Shown here: positions 1-15,812 of the stretch, in pieces
Numbering within the stretch: position 1 is the stretch's first letter
Layout: every line of letters begins with the position of its first letter
Origin: the human T2T-CHM13v2.0 reference genome, Homo sapiens
Assembly (NCBI RefSeq): GCF_009914755.1
Contig: NC_060928.1
DNA length: 64,000 nucleotides
Direction: 5' to 3' (one strand)
Position numbers and translations under genes: made by a program
The notes under the pieces: model-generated
Database searches by the model: none
The model's input: the letters and a program-made list of their open reading frames with translations, nothing else
What the model was told of the DNA's origin: nothing

Positions 1-880
1 CACAGAGGTAAAGTGTCATTCTCATATTGTATCAACAGTATATACTATCAACATGACTTATCACTGATGTTAACCTTTCTCATCTGAATCATGTGGCTTT
101 TGTCAGGTTTCCCCACTGTAAAGTTACTCTTCTCTCCCTTTTTTCATAATGTACTTTTGGAAGAAAGTCCCTAAGTTCAGCCCACACTTAAGGAGTGAGG
201 AGTGTTGGTACTCCACCTTCTTGAGCAGGGAGTTTCCACATAAAGTACTTGGAGTTCTTCTGTATGAAAGATTTGTCCTTCCTACTTTATTTGTTTACTC
301 AATTATTCCTGTCAGTATTTCTATCAACACATACACACTTTGTGTTATAATTTAATACTGCCTTATTTTGTTGCCCAACTTTTTGCCCCTTTGGTCATTG
401 GGAGCTCTTTCAGTTGGTGCTTGGCTCCATCATTGTGGAGTTTTCTGTTTGCTTTTTTTAAGCATTTCCTTACTTGCTGGCACTATATGATGCTGCAGAT
501 TCATCTTGTAGGCTTCCTGTCCTAGCTTTCGAAGCATTCATTTCTCCATGGAGCCCTGGTTCCTTTTATTAGAGAATGATATGAAGAACCAAGATCTTTG
601 CACGAAGTGTGCTTGTTACCATTGTTGTGTTGTTGTTTCTCTATGTTTTTACCTGACAGGACAAGGAAATATATGATGAATGCTTAGTGCCTGTATGTAC
701 AGACATGCATAAATCTTTTTATAGATAATCATCTGTGTTTATAATAACCAACCATGAGTTCATCCTGATCTCTCCAACTCTATTTCATCACCAGATGGAT
801 CATTCTTGCCTACTCCCTTTTCTCCTTTGTAACCTCACACTCCAACAGTTAGTAACCTGACTCCACTGACACCATCATTT
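1..880 (-). mobile_element. Old L1 3' region (L1MC4/L1MC5-like), runs off the window start
   Basis: Blocks resembling the remembered L1MC 3'UTR (antisense): ccactgtaaagttactc, cagcccacacttaaggagtg, catttctccatggagccctggttccttttattagagaatg. Ends approximate. Confidence 0.7.
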
Positions 881-889
881 TTGACTATC

Positions 890-1400
890 CAACATCCTTA
901 CTTCCTTTGATTGCATTTCCTCTGTAAACCACCCATCTTTCACTCCAAGTTCATATGGCATAGTGGAGTTGATGCTACTTGTTGGAGTAATGGTTGCATT
1001 CATTTACCTGGTCCTGGCTAATTAGCACAAGTGTTTTTCTTGGCTATGGGTACTGCTTCTGTGAAAGACAGATGGCCCAGGTTCTCCTCAATTCCAGGGC
1101 TTCTGTGGGCATAAGTGAAGTCCTGAAAGAAAGAGAAATTTTCTTTCTGCTGAACTCGGAGCTGTAATGATGCAAGTCTCATTTTCCAGGGGAATGCCCT
1201 CAGGGGAAAATCTACCCGTGAAAAATGTAACATATAGAAAAGGTGGACTAAAAGATGGGTAGAGATATCTTCCTGATGACCACATCTGAGCACCTGGATC
1301 CAGTCACACCTCCCCATAAATGTTTCCGTTGTGAACCAGTGACTTCCCTACTGAGCCTGTTTGGTTTGGATTTATGCCATATGTAACCAGAATCTCTTAA
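890..1400 (+). mobile_element. MaLR LTR (MLT1J/K/L-like)
   Basis: gagcacctggatccagtc ... gagcctgtttggtttggattt ... tgtaaccagaatctc resembles the MLT1J-L 3' end; highly diverged. Confidence 0.55.
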
Positions 1401-2116
1401 GTCCTTTACCCACCTGGACTTAACTAGAGTTCATTAAATTTATGATTCTAAGGCACTGGAATGCAACACACACATTAGGATAATATCTTGTAATCCCACA
1501 GTTTTCACTAAACCCAAAGTTTATCTATAATCTCTTGAGAGTTATACCCTAACTACAGCATTTCCTTTGGGTGAAAACTAGAAATTTTACACTGACAATT
1601 GGGAAAATTTTAATTTGAACCACTGGAAAACAAAGTGCCATATCTGTCTTTAATAATAAGTTGAAGCAGACTGAAAGTCATTGAACTTTTGCCTCCCTCT
1701 TTATGCATATTTTTTTCTTACCATTTGTCTGAAAATATATAAGCTCTAAAATGAATAGGAGAACCTTAATTGAAAGAGGTTGTCAGCTCTCTTAGTTGCT
1801 TAAGGTATTGAAGGAGGTTTCATAATTTCAGTCTGGATTTGAATGTCTTGCCAATTTTTAAAAATTTGATTCCAATACATTAATAGAATACCCCTCCCAA
1901 TATCATAAACTTGTTAGTTTCTTATATATTTGTTTTTCAAAGGTTTATTAAAAATCTACTTTATGTGTGTGATAGATTGCTGATTATATTCAGTACAAGG
2001 TTTGAACCATCTTTTAAATGAGGATGCTGAACTAAATATTTTGCAAACTACAGTTCTTATTCTATCAAGAGGGCTGTGTGACCTTCAGCCTCTTTGCTCC
2101 AGTGCACTTATCTTTA

Positions 2117-2437
<321 letters not shown>

Positions 2438-4029
2438 CACTTATCTTTAAATTAGAACAGAGTGCTAAATGATCACTGTGTCTTGAAAAGTCATAAAGCC
2501 TTTTTTTTAATGAGATGCCACTTTTTTCTTAGATTATATTATTTAAAACCTGTGTATCTTGACTAATGTGGCCTTAATAAGATTAAATTTTTATATACTT
2601 TATCTCTTTGATTCTTGATTGCAAATACTTGCTTGAGTATGGGCAAAATTTAGTACTAGATTCCTTGGTATAATTGCAAAACCATCTTGCTAACTTTTGC
2701 TGATCTACCTACATCACTTCCTTCTTATATTCTTTTTCAACTTGGTGTTGTTATTAAATTCTACACTTATAAAAAAGTGACAGTCTGAATTCTTAGTATT
2801 GTTTAAATCTCTGTTTAGCTGCAGGTTAACATTGAAACATTTGTTTTTAGAATTAAAAAAAAAAACACCTTTCGGGCACTTACGGCTTCTATTATATTGA
2901 CCTGTGTACCATGTGAGAAATTTTTACCATCATTTAAAAAATTTGTTTGCATACTTTTAAAGATGTTTGAGGTAATTCTCAACTAGAAGCAATGTTTGAA
3001 GTAATTCTCCAACATCAGGATGCTTACAATAGGTGAGATACGTTATCAGTTATTTGGTTCTTTTGACCCAACAGTTTGGAAACTTTGCGTTAGGGGGACG
3101 CACTTATTCACATATTCACATTCGTGATGTTTCCCTTCTGGGGTGAGACATCCATTCATGTAAGGCCCCTGGGCTCTCTTCACTTTCTGACTCTCTCCAG
3201 GCCCTACAATTCACCTAATCATTGTGAATTGGGAAGTAGAAGCAATCCTGTATTGCTCTTCCCTTTCCTCTGCTCTTTCTCCCAGGTGAACTTCTTCAGG
3301 AGGCATGTGCCCTTTATCATCTCAACCATACTATGCTAGCAATAAAGTCTCTGCTCTCTAATGAGCGCAACCTTGCCTTAACTATGCCTGTAAATGTTGC
3401 CACTGTTTATAAGCCTTGGATGGCTATTTTATCCTCCAAACTATTTAACACTGTTTTCTAATCTCACCAAGAGTGACCTTTTAACTTGTCAGATCTTTCA
3501 AAGAAAATATCCAACTTTTTCTGACACTCTAATAAAGCAAATACATATTTTTTTAACTTATGGCTCTAGGTAATACCTAAAATAACAATGATTAAAATAA
3601 CCAACCTTTGTTACCCAATTAATTGCAGTAAAGCTTAGTGAAATCATATTTTCTAACTTCTTTTCCATCATTCATTCTCTGTTCCAAAGACATGTTTGAG
3701 AATTTACGGTGGCAGTGGTTGTGTTAGACAGGGTGAGCTATCTCCTGGGCATGAGAATCTCTTACAGCTCTGCTGACACTTTTATCCTAAGGGACGGACA
3801 GGAGATGGTGATGCTGACTGGACATGAGTTGAGACATGTGAGACAAGAGTAGAAAAAGGCCATTTTATGAGCAGAGTCAGCTTGGACCCTGCAGAGAAGG
3901 TGGTAAGGAAGCTTGGCAATGATGAAAGACAAAGCAGAAAGAATGGGCGCTGATAGACTAACTCACAAGTCATGAGTCCCTGAGGTTAGTTTGTTGCTTA
4001 TATCTTACATCTTTGATGCTATAGACTTT

Positions 4030-4045
4030 CGTTTTTGGTTTTTGC

Positions 4046-4076
<31 letters not shown>

Positions 4077-4360
4077 GTTTTTGAGACAGAGTCTTCCCTG
4101 TCACCCAGGCTGGTGTGCAGTGGCGTGATCTTAACTCACTGCAACCTCCACCTCCTGGGTTCAAGCGATTCTTCTTGCCTCAGCCTCTCAAGTAGCTGGG
4201 ATTACAGGCACTCATCACCACACCTGAGTTTTGTATTTTTAGTAGAGACGGGGTTTTGCCATGTTGGCCAGGCTGGTCTCAAACCTCTGACCTCAAGTGA
4301 TCTGCCCACCTTGGACTCTCAAAGTGCTGGAATTATAGGCATGAGCCACTGTGCTGGGCA
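4030..4360 (-). mobile_element. Alu (AluS-type) with (GTTTT)n-type tail
   Basis: Antisense Alu; TSD gatgctatagacttt (4015-4029) / gctgctatagccttt (4361-4375). Confidence 0.95.
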
Positions 4361-4844
4361 GCTGCTATAGCCTTTGATATCTTATTTGAGGTGAAGGGGC
4401 TCACTCTCAAACTGTCTTTCACCCTTAACGACTAAATTAAAATTAAAGCACAGAGTTGACACTGAGTTTTTTTCCTCTTTTTCAATCTTGTTGTCTTTGC
4501 AGTGTCATTATATAAGGTACTTTGGGCTCAGAATAGAATCACATGTATAGAACAGCGAAATGACTCAGGTTGATATCACAGCATTTTCCAATCTAGCAGT
4601 GAACCTTAGAAAAGGTAATTATGTATTTACGTAATAATCACCTTCTTTTAAAATGGAGATTAAAAAAAGGAGAGTAGGAAATGTGAAAACACTTGAAAAG
4701 CAAGTCCAGACATGGTGTAAATTGTGGAAAAAATGCATGATTATTATGCCTACCCTGTGCTTCTGGGGCTTTCCTGCTAGCATTGCCTAAAAATTTTTGG
4801 CAAAGAGAAAATAGTTGGATCTCAGGGCATCTCTTACCCTCAGG

Positions 4845-5975
4845 TGTAGTGGATATGCCAAGCCTCAGGATACCAAACCCATTGCCCATTAGTGATGAAA
4901 CTCTCCTGCCTCTCTCCCTGCTGGAAGAACAGTCTTGTGACTGATGATTTTTAACCTTTCCCCACTTCTGCATTCTAATGAGACAAAACTGAGTAGACTT
5001 AAGGAGAGTAACTGACTCACAGGCAGTCCAAGACTGACCAGGAGGGTGTTATCTCTGTGGTCTACTTTAAAGCAGCAGTCCCCAGTCCTTTTAGCACCAG
5101 GGACTGCTTTCCTGGGAGACAATTTTTCCATGGACTGGGTGGGGGAAGTGGTTTGGGGATGATTTAAGCACATTACATTTATTGTGCACTGTATTTCTGT
5201 TGTTATTACATTGTAATATATAATGAAATAATTATACAACTAACCATAATGTCAAATCAGCGGGAACCCTAAGCTTGTTTTCTTGCAACTGGACAGTCCC
5301 ATCTGGGGGCGATGGGAGACTGGGACAGATTATCAGGTATTAGATTCTCTAGAACCCTTGCATGCACAGTTCACAATAGGGTCACAATCCTATGAAAAAC
5401 TAATGCTGCTGCTGATCTGACAGGAGGTGGAGTTCAGGTGATAATATGAGCAATGGGGAGCGGCTGTAAATACAGATGAAGCTTCACTTGCTGGCCCGTT
5501 GCTTACCTCCTACTGTGCAGCCAAGTCCCTAACAGGTTACAACTGGAAGCGGTCCATGATCGAGGGGCTGGGGACCCCTGCTTTAAGGGAAAAAAAGCTC
5601 CAATCTTGTCCTTGATTTCAGAAATGTGACCTAAGTTTTAGTTAGCACTATTGTTTGAGGTTGAAGGGTAGACACAGAGTTGGGACATGTGGCCATAAGA
5701 GACAGCTGCTGTGAATACTAAAAAGAAGCACGTTAACAAAGACACAATGGATATGCAAAGAGGAGAAGAGAAAGGCACCCACCTTAAAACCTTGAGAAAG
5801 ACATCATTAGAGAGAGAAGACTGAGGGTGGGTCCAGTCCCTAGAGTCACCTCAGTCTCTGATGCTGTTCTAGTAACGTGCCCATTCCTGTCTATGGACCA
5901 GATCTCTTTTCAGTAAATCCTCTTTTCTTTAATGTTAGTTGATTACATCTCCATTCCTGAAATCCAAACCACCAA
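4845..5975 (+). mobile_element. Ancient ERVL/MaLR-type LTR (family uncertain), interrupted by MER1A
   Basis: Begins tgtagtggatatg; 3' part cagtaaatcctcttttctttaa...gttgattacatctccattcctg is LTR-like; very diverged. Confidence 0.35.
5073..5580 (+). mobile_element. MER1A (hAT-Charlie non-autonomous DNA transposon), full length
   Basis: Terminal inverted repeats (TIRs) cagcagtcccca / tggggacccctg; 8-bp TSD ctttaaag (5065-5072) / ctttaagg (5581-5588); body matches remembered MER1A. Confidence 0.92.
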
Positions 5976-6703
5976 GTTATTTTCAACACAAAATGAAATA
6001 ATGTATGCTTATTGTCATATGTTCCCTCAGACTTCTCCAGTTTTGCTTTAGTGGCAAAATTCAGGCTTCCTTTTGTGTATGAATGAGTGAGGACACATTT
6101 TTATTCAACATATTTTCAATATTTTGAAATGGGAGTATCTTAGCTATTTCAGGCTTTAGGGAAGTTTTTGTTGGAATGTTCTGTTAGGGAACATTAGAGC
6201 AAGACATATATTTTCTCTGGCCACAAAACCTAGAGTGATAGGAGCATGATTATTTAAGTCTTGAATATAGTTGAATTTAATCTGAAGTCCAACAATACCT
6301 AGTGATATCTGGTCAATTCTATAAACTCACTTACTTTACCATTTTCTCAGTTGTTTCAGGCTCCGCATGCCAGCTGGTATTTATGGCTTAGAAGGGCACT
6401 GAACTACTGCTGCTCAATGTGTTCTCTGACATGTAATATGTCCTGTCTAGACTTTTGCCATTTATATTTATTCTCACATCCATTAAGATGTCCCTGGACC
6501 TGTTTTAATCTCTTTATGAATTAAATAGGCTAGTGCTTTTCAAATATCTGAGGTGAAGAATGAGCTTCCTCTTCCTGATTTTTTCTTAATCGATCCTAGT
6601 ATGCAACTCAGCACGTGAATGTGAAACCACAAATTGGTCTATATTTAAAAAGGGAGTCCATTGATTATGCATTTGGATGTTGTGACAAAGCCAATTGTTA
6701 TAA

Positions 6704-7048
<345 letters not shown>

Positions 7049-7853
7049 TAACTGACTCTTGACAACCAGTTTGTGGACTGCTATTCTGCTGTGGCTCACA
7101 CTTTTGAGTAGTACTGAGATAGATCACTTTTTTCTGTAGTTCCTTGTTAGAACCTGGAGACACCTTTTAGTCATTAGCTCACTCAGCTACCTTGTGTACC
7201 TTTCCTGAGGGCAGGGGAAACTTTGGAATATTCTCATGTATCATTCCTGTGCTTGTGACTCCATAGCCTTCATCAGGAAGGAAGACACACGTCCCTTCTC
7301 CCTCTGCTGTTGGAGATCCAATGGCTCCTTGGGGCTTATCTTGGTTATTATACATCTGGTTTGAGTCTGGGAGTCGGAGGGGATACCAGGCCCTTCTCAA
7401 GAATTCATTGGCGTCTAAGATCTTTTTATCTCTTCTTTTCTTAAGTTCCTTCCTATCCCACATTAGGCAATATTTATCTAGTATTGGGAGCAAATGTAGA
7501 GGATAAACTGGCTCTCATTCTTTTATTTTTAATCTTTAATTAATAAAATATACTTTATTATCTTACTTCTTAATGGCTTACTTTCGAGAGACTAAAAGAT
7601 GAACAAAAAATACCATATTTCATTTTACTCTCCAAAGTTTCTCTTTTACAAAGCCTTTCCCCTACTTTCAATTCAAGTGTTTATTTTTAAATCAAAAAGT
7701 CAAAACTTCCCCTCTGTTTCTCTGCATTCAGCTATGTTGGACCTTGGCCACGGCAGTGGGGTCACTTGAATGGGGAGTGGTGAGAAACTTCAGATAATTT
7801 CACAGAAATAAGTCTACTATATGAGTATATATGCAGTCTCAAAAATTTTACTC

Positions 7854-10307
<2,454 letters not shown>

Positions 10308-10498
10308 TAAACAATTCAGGCTTCCTTTTGTGCATGAATTTTACTCATTTTGAGTAAGTATACATGCAGCCTCAAAAATTTTACTCATTTTGAGTACTTT
10401 TGAGGCTGCATATATACTTACTCATAGTTTTACAGAAATCTGCCCACAACAGTATTTCCCATTTCTCGCTTTTCAAACATTCAGAATTTTCAGGATGG

Positions 10499-11075
10499 TG
10501 TGGCATCCATGGAAGAATCAACCACAGATCTTCCCTCTAAATCACCTGCTGCATGGAGCATCACTGATAGTGATAGTCCCAGTTGCCACATTTTTCGATT
10601 CACACATTTACAACAGAGATGGAATGCATATGCAAAGAGAAACAAAATCAGAGAAAGATATCCAATTTTGACACCTTGAGAAAGAAACCATTAGAGGTAG
10701 AGGAGACTGAGGGAGTATCCAGACCAGGCCCCACTTTCCTGAGGCTGCTCCCAGCTAATGACTAAGTAACGTGAAGGTACTAGCACCAGAAATTCCTGCA
10801 GTAGCAGGATTCTTCTAATAATCAACTTTGGCTTGGAGATTCCCCATTAACCTGGCTGAGACTATCTTAGAACTATGCTACAGTTGGAAGCCCTGCCTAT
10901 CCAAACTTCCTTTCCTCTCTCCCTTTCAGGGGTGACTCTTGCATTGATGTCTGAATATTCTGTCTTCCTATTTCTGATGTCTCCTCCTATATCTTCCACA
11001 GATGTTCCCCTAAACAATCTTGTTATCTGTAATCATGTCTTGATGTATGCTTCTCAGGGGACACAAACTGACACA
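10499..11075 (+). mobile_element. ERVL LTR (LTR16A-like) containing a ~115-bp foreign insert
   Basis: Starts tgtggcatccatgga; contains ggctgctcccagctaatgact; ends tgcttctcaggggacacaaactgacaca (TG...CA). Confidence 0.75.
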
Positions 11076-12954
11076 GGTTAGTAGATTGAAAACCACTGGT
11101 TTAAACTATAGAAGCCTGGTCTTCAAATATACAGTCATGGAAAAGGTCAAGATATAAATCAAGATGTAGGCTGTGCTTTCCTGATTAAAGTGAGTCTTAG
11201 TTTCTCAGAGCTGGGTGGGTTCTGAGAGGGTCCTATAGGGCTTCTAAGCTCTGTAGTAGAAGAGTTGGAAATTATGGTACCCACTATAGTTGGTGCAGGT
11301 AAAACTAGCACATGAAGAAAATGTAAAGGAAATCCATGCACTCTTTCTTATCCTCGTTAGACTATAACCTGTTGTCCTGTACTCTGAAGGAGTAAGCAAT
11401 GAGTCTTGATTGTTCTAATATGCCTATCATTGGCAATCAAACAGTGGTGGTCCTTGTACAGAGAAATGTATGCCTCGGAGTGAGCCTGAAATACTGCTTC
11501 CCCTTTCACGTAATGGGCAGAGGAAGGGTTTTGTGAAATGCAACCCACATTATTGTCAGTGAGTTTGCTTTTGCGCTTCAAGGACCTTTCGGAAATGTTA
11601 GAAAATAATTGGGATAGTTGTTAATCTCTGTACACAAAGGTATATTGTCTTGTGGGTAATGTCATCCCATTCTTGAGGTGACAGAAAGTGCTCCTATGAG
11701 AAATAAGTCACTAACTTGATTTGATTGGGTTTAAGTTTCATTATTGGTAGACTGTATATTTCTCCGTGTGGTAACTTATCTAAGCTATGCATCTAACCCT
11801 CTCCCCTGCTTTTTGGAATACCAGAGTTTGTTATACCCAGGTAGAATAACTTCAAGAAGCAAAACCAATTATTTTGGCTGCTCATGGCTGAGGGCAGGGA
11901 CTCTACTGCCAGGATAATCACTAGCTGGGACTAGGAGTCTCTCAAATTGTTCCGTTATGCCAAACAAACAAACAAACAGTTTTTGGAGAGCTGGGGATAT
12001 GAAAAGGTAGCTTGGAAATAAGGAAAGAAGTCTTATCTCAAGCACTGATGAGAAAAGTTAAGATTGTAGACTCAGGCTCTAAGAAAAGGGTTTATTCTAC
12101 AGAAGGTGTAGATAATAACAACTCAACTTAGGAGTATGAAGTAGCACCTGTGAGAACTGAACGTGTCCAACACAAATTGTTTCCTTCTCTTCACTTCTCC
12201 TAAAGAGCTAATCAGAGAGACGAGTTGGATTACTGTCTCTACCATTTGTGATTGATTGTGGCCTTGGACATATGACGTAATCTATACACCTCAGTCGCTT
12301 CTCCATCTGTTTGCAAGATTAGTGTGAGGAATACTTGAGGAAAGGTCTCTCTTGGGACACTGTGAACTTGGCCTGTTGTGATTTATGTTTATATAGTAAT
12401 CTATGGGGGCTGAGTTTTTTAAAATAAGCTTTCTTTTGGTACACTGTGGTTGGCGTTATTCAAGAAGGGGGCTGGTGTCAGTCTACTGGACAATGCTGAG
12501 GAATTGGTCCTTTGCAAATTTCCTGAGCCAGGAGACATTGGCTTCATATTAGGAGGGTCTCTGACAATTTCATTGCTTTGCTGGGATATTAGTAAAGCCT
12601 TAAAGGGTTCATAGCTTTCTAAATATCTAAAATGGTAGAATAAAGAGACTTAAATGATTTAAGCTTTTACATTGTAGCATCCATTCCCTTTTCAAGATCT
12701 ACGTCTTACCACCCAGGCACTCCTGCTTTTATCTTTTCATGTCAGTGTTCTCAATTTCTCCCCCGTACTTGCAGGGCTTCATGCAACATAGAGCAATGGC
12801 CTCTGTATTGTAGGAACCATGTAAAATGATGGGGTCTGAGGTACAAAGCTAGTTACCTTAATTCTAATCTTTCACTCACTTTTTCCTATGAGGTTGATTC
12901 CTTTTGACCATCTATTTCTTGTCTTTTGGAAGAAGGTTAAAAACGATCCACCCT

Positions 12955-13140
12955 ACCATTTATTCAGAAACTATTGTGTGACCAGATGATTGTGTGAATT
13001 GTTTACATGTTATTTTGTATCATTCCACAGCACTTCTATGAGAGACTATTATGCTGGTGAGGAATCTGAAGTCTGACCAAAGGTCTTATAGCTTATAAAT
13101 GGAGGTGCCCAATTTGCAGCCAGGCCTATTGAATTAAACT
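12955..13140 (-). mobile_element. MIR fragment
   Basis: ccatttattcagaaactattgtgtgaccag...gtgaggaatctgaag...ccaaaggtcttatagcttataaatggagg resembles the MIR core. Confidence 0.55.
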
Positions 13141-14199
13141 TAGGTGATCTTTCCAGAGCATCATGCTTGGATTGTTAATTTGTCTCTGATACTTGGTCTT
13201 TCAGGCTTGTTTCTGTCAACTTACCTACTGACCCTCTAATGAGAATGATCCTCATTCTTATTCTCTGGGCATACTACAATTGGATTGTATACCACATTTT
13301 GTCCTCTAATATCTGTCTGCCCTTCAAGACTGGATTTAGCTTCCTGCTAAAGTCCGTCACACTGCCATCAGAATCTGCTGTGCACTGGCAGCCCTCCTCC
13401 TGCAGCTGCCCACGTTCTACAGCACACTACATTTGCAATTTGTACAGCATTTGGAAACCTTTTCTCTCAGATCCAGTGTTGAATGTCTTTGGCAACATAC
13501 CTGTCTATATAATTTTAATTAATGTGCACTTTTAAAAGCTACCTCAAGGTAGCATTTACCACAGGTTTGAAATTAGAAATAATGTCACGTTTAAATAAAA
13601 GCAAAAGAAACTAAAACACATTTAAAAAATTGAATTTAACTTTCTAATAGAACATGGGTCAGTTGCTATACACATTTTTATTATAGGGAATATTTTGGTA
13701 TTTTCAGCCATATAAATTTATATTAACTTTATGCTTTAGTCTTGTAAAATGGTCAGGAGCAGGAATATGGAGAGGTAGGAGGAGAGTAGATGGCATTGAA
13801 AACACAGGCATTATCTGTGAAAATATTGAAGCTATAAACATTTCTTGGAAGCTGCCTGGAAATCTGAACAGGAAAGACTCATATTGTATTTTAAAAATTC
13901 TGTTCCTTTTCTAAAATCAACTACTAACTTTTCAAACACACATAGAAAGCAGATTATCCTGTGACACTTTACATTGAAGAAAAACAAAATATTTTCAAAG
14001 ATGCCAAACCAATAATTTAAAATAAGATATTGAATAGAATTTAAACAAGATTAAAATTAAGAAAAAATATGTTTTAAACAGAAAAGGGTGAAAGAAATCC
14101 ACTTATAAAGGCAACTGTTGATTTAAAATTATTAGAACTAAGTATTTGTCCATTGCTTTACAAATTGCAACTGGAGATTGAAGGGTTTTTTTTAATGGA

Positions 14200-15060
14200 A
14201 ATATTTTTCCAACTTGGAGAGATTGCAACAGTTGCTTTATGGTTATGAACTGCCAAATAGATCCTGTAAATGGGATCCAGTTAGTTCAGAGGAAGTTCAA
14301 AAAATCTCTAGAAATTACAAACACCAACAGAAAAATAGAGATTTGTCCTTTTATACAAGTGACAGAAAGCAACAAGAATGGTGCTCACATGTTAGTGTTT
14401 TGATGTGCATCTAGCTTTTATTTAAGCTCATTGCACTTCTTCAACACTGCTGAACTTCCAAATATCATAACCTCTGGCAGAGTGGCAGTTGCTTCTTATT
14501 GAAAACTTTCTCAGCATGGATGCAATACATTGTTGGTCTATAATGAAGGTGATCCAGAAATATATTGGCTGTCAAAGTTGCATCACTGGCTTGCTTTTTT
14601 TTTTTTTTTAATGCTGGAAGATAAAGTGGCTACCTCTGAGACAAGTTTTTCAAAACTCCATTTTCCACCAGTTCTGTTGCAATCTCTAGGTGTTATAATC
14701 AAGAAATTAAAAATGCTTAATCACTGAAAATTGATCAATTATTGGTTTGCTTCCACTTCTACCCAGGTCACGTAAAACATGCATTCGGACCACAGATTTT
14801 CAGAGAAGTGTAGCTCATAAAAATTATTGAAGCTTGTGAAGAATGGATGTGATCATCTAAATTACTTAAAACAACTAAAAGGAAAACTCAAATACATTAA
14901 TGATTTTTATCTTCACATGAATAAGAAAAGTTTTTTTAAGTCCATGTTGATAGAAAATTGTATTCAAGTCATTAAAAGAGACATGAGTGCCCAATATTCC
15001 TCTCAAAAAGAAAATGTTGAACCACAAGAGGTTGTAGCTTTTGGAATGAAGCTAAATGTG
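14200..15060 (+). mobile_element. Probable degenerate hAT-Charlie-type transposase relic
   Basis: Collinear frameshifted motifs: NGAHM (14377; cf. DGAPAM), IHC (14525), EIYWLSK (14557; cf. EVRWLSR), [17 protein letters not shown] (14851; cf. HLNELNLKLQGK). Limits unknown. Confidence 0.45.
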
Positions 15061-15067
15061 ACCAGAA

Positions 15068-15337
15068 TTTTTTTTTTTTTTTTTTTTTTGAGATGGAGTC
15101 TTGCTCTATCGCCCGGGCTGGAATGCAATGGCACGATCTTGGCTCACTGCAACCTCCACTTCCTGGGTTCCAGCAATTCTTGCCTCAGCCTCCCAAGTAG
15201 CACTGGCTAATTTTTGTATTTTTAGTAGAGACAGGGTTTCACCACGTTGGCCACCACGAACTTCTGACCTCAGGTGATCCACCCGCCTTGGCCTCCCAAA
15301 GTGCTGGGATTACAGGCATGAGCCACCGTGCCCAGCC
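15068..15337 (-). mobile_element. Alu (AluS-type) with internal deletions
   Basis: Antisense Alu; TSD core tgaccagaa at 15059-15067 and 15340-15348; lacks the tgggattacaggc segment after cccaagtagc (~15200). Confidence 0.93.
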
Positions 15338-15593
15338 GATGACCAGAAATTTATAAAATCATCAGGTAGGCCAAAGGAGATGAAGAATGTAAAGTCAGAG
15401 ACTTTTTTAAATATTAAGGATTTTCTTCCTGAAGTAATGCTCAAAATGTCCATTACCTAAGTCTTCAGTTGTAATGCATCTACATTTAAGTATTAATTAA
15501 TTAATTAAGTATACAGCAAAGAGCTCAGCTGGCTCAAACTGGACATCTCTGGTATCAAAATATGACTTCCTTGATTTGTATGGTAGGCCTAAA

Positions 15594-15812
15594 CACTGAT
15601 TCTCAACCAAGAGATTGTGCTACCTTAGGGGACTTTTGGCAAAAATATCTGGACTCACTTTCAGATATCACCACTTGGGGTAGGAGGGGGTGTGCTTGTG
15701 GCATCCAGTGGGTAGAAAAGGTGCTGCTAAATATCCTACAATGCACAAGACAGCTCTCAACAGTGAATTATCCAGTCTGAAATGTTAATAGTGCTGAGGT
15801 TGAGAAACCCTG
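15594..15812 (+). mobile_element. MER20 (hAT-Charlie)
   Basis: cactgattctcaacc ... tggcatccagtgggtaga ... gctgctaaatatcctacaatgcacaagacagc ... ggttgagaaaccctg; ~219 bp. Confidence 0.88.

Noticed and set aside
2884-2982. Minus-strand 99-nt open segment between ctag and gtaagt (LRITSNIF...NIIEA)
   Set aside because: The pyrimidine tract is short, the acceptor lies in a local ~29-bp tandem duplication (2963-3013), and the peptide is unrecognised; compatible with chance.
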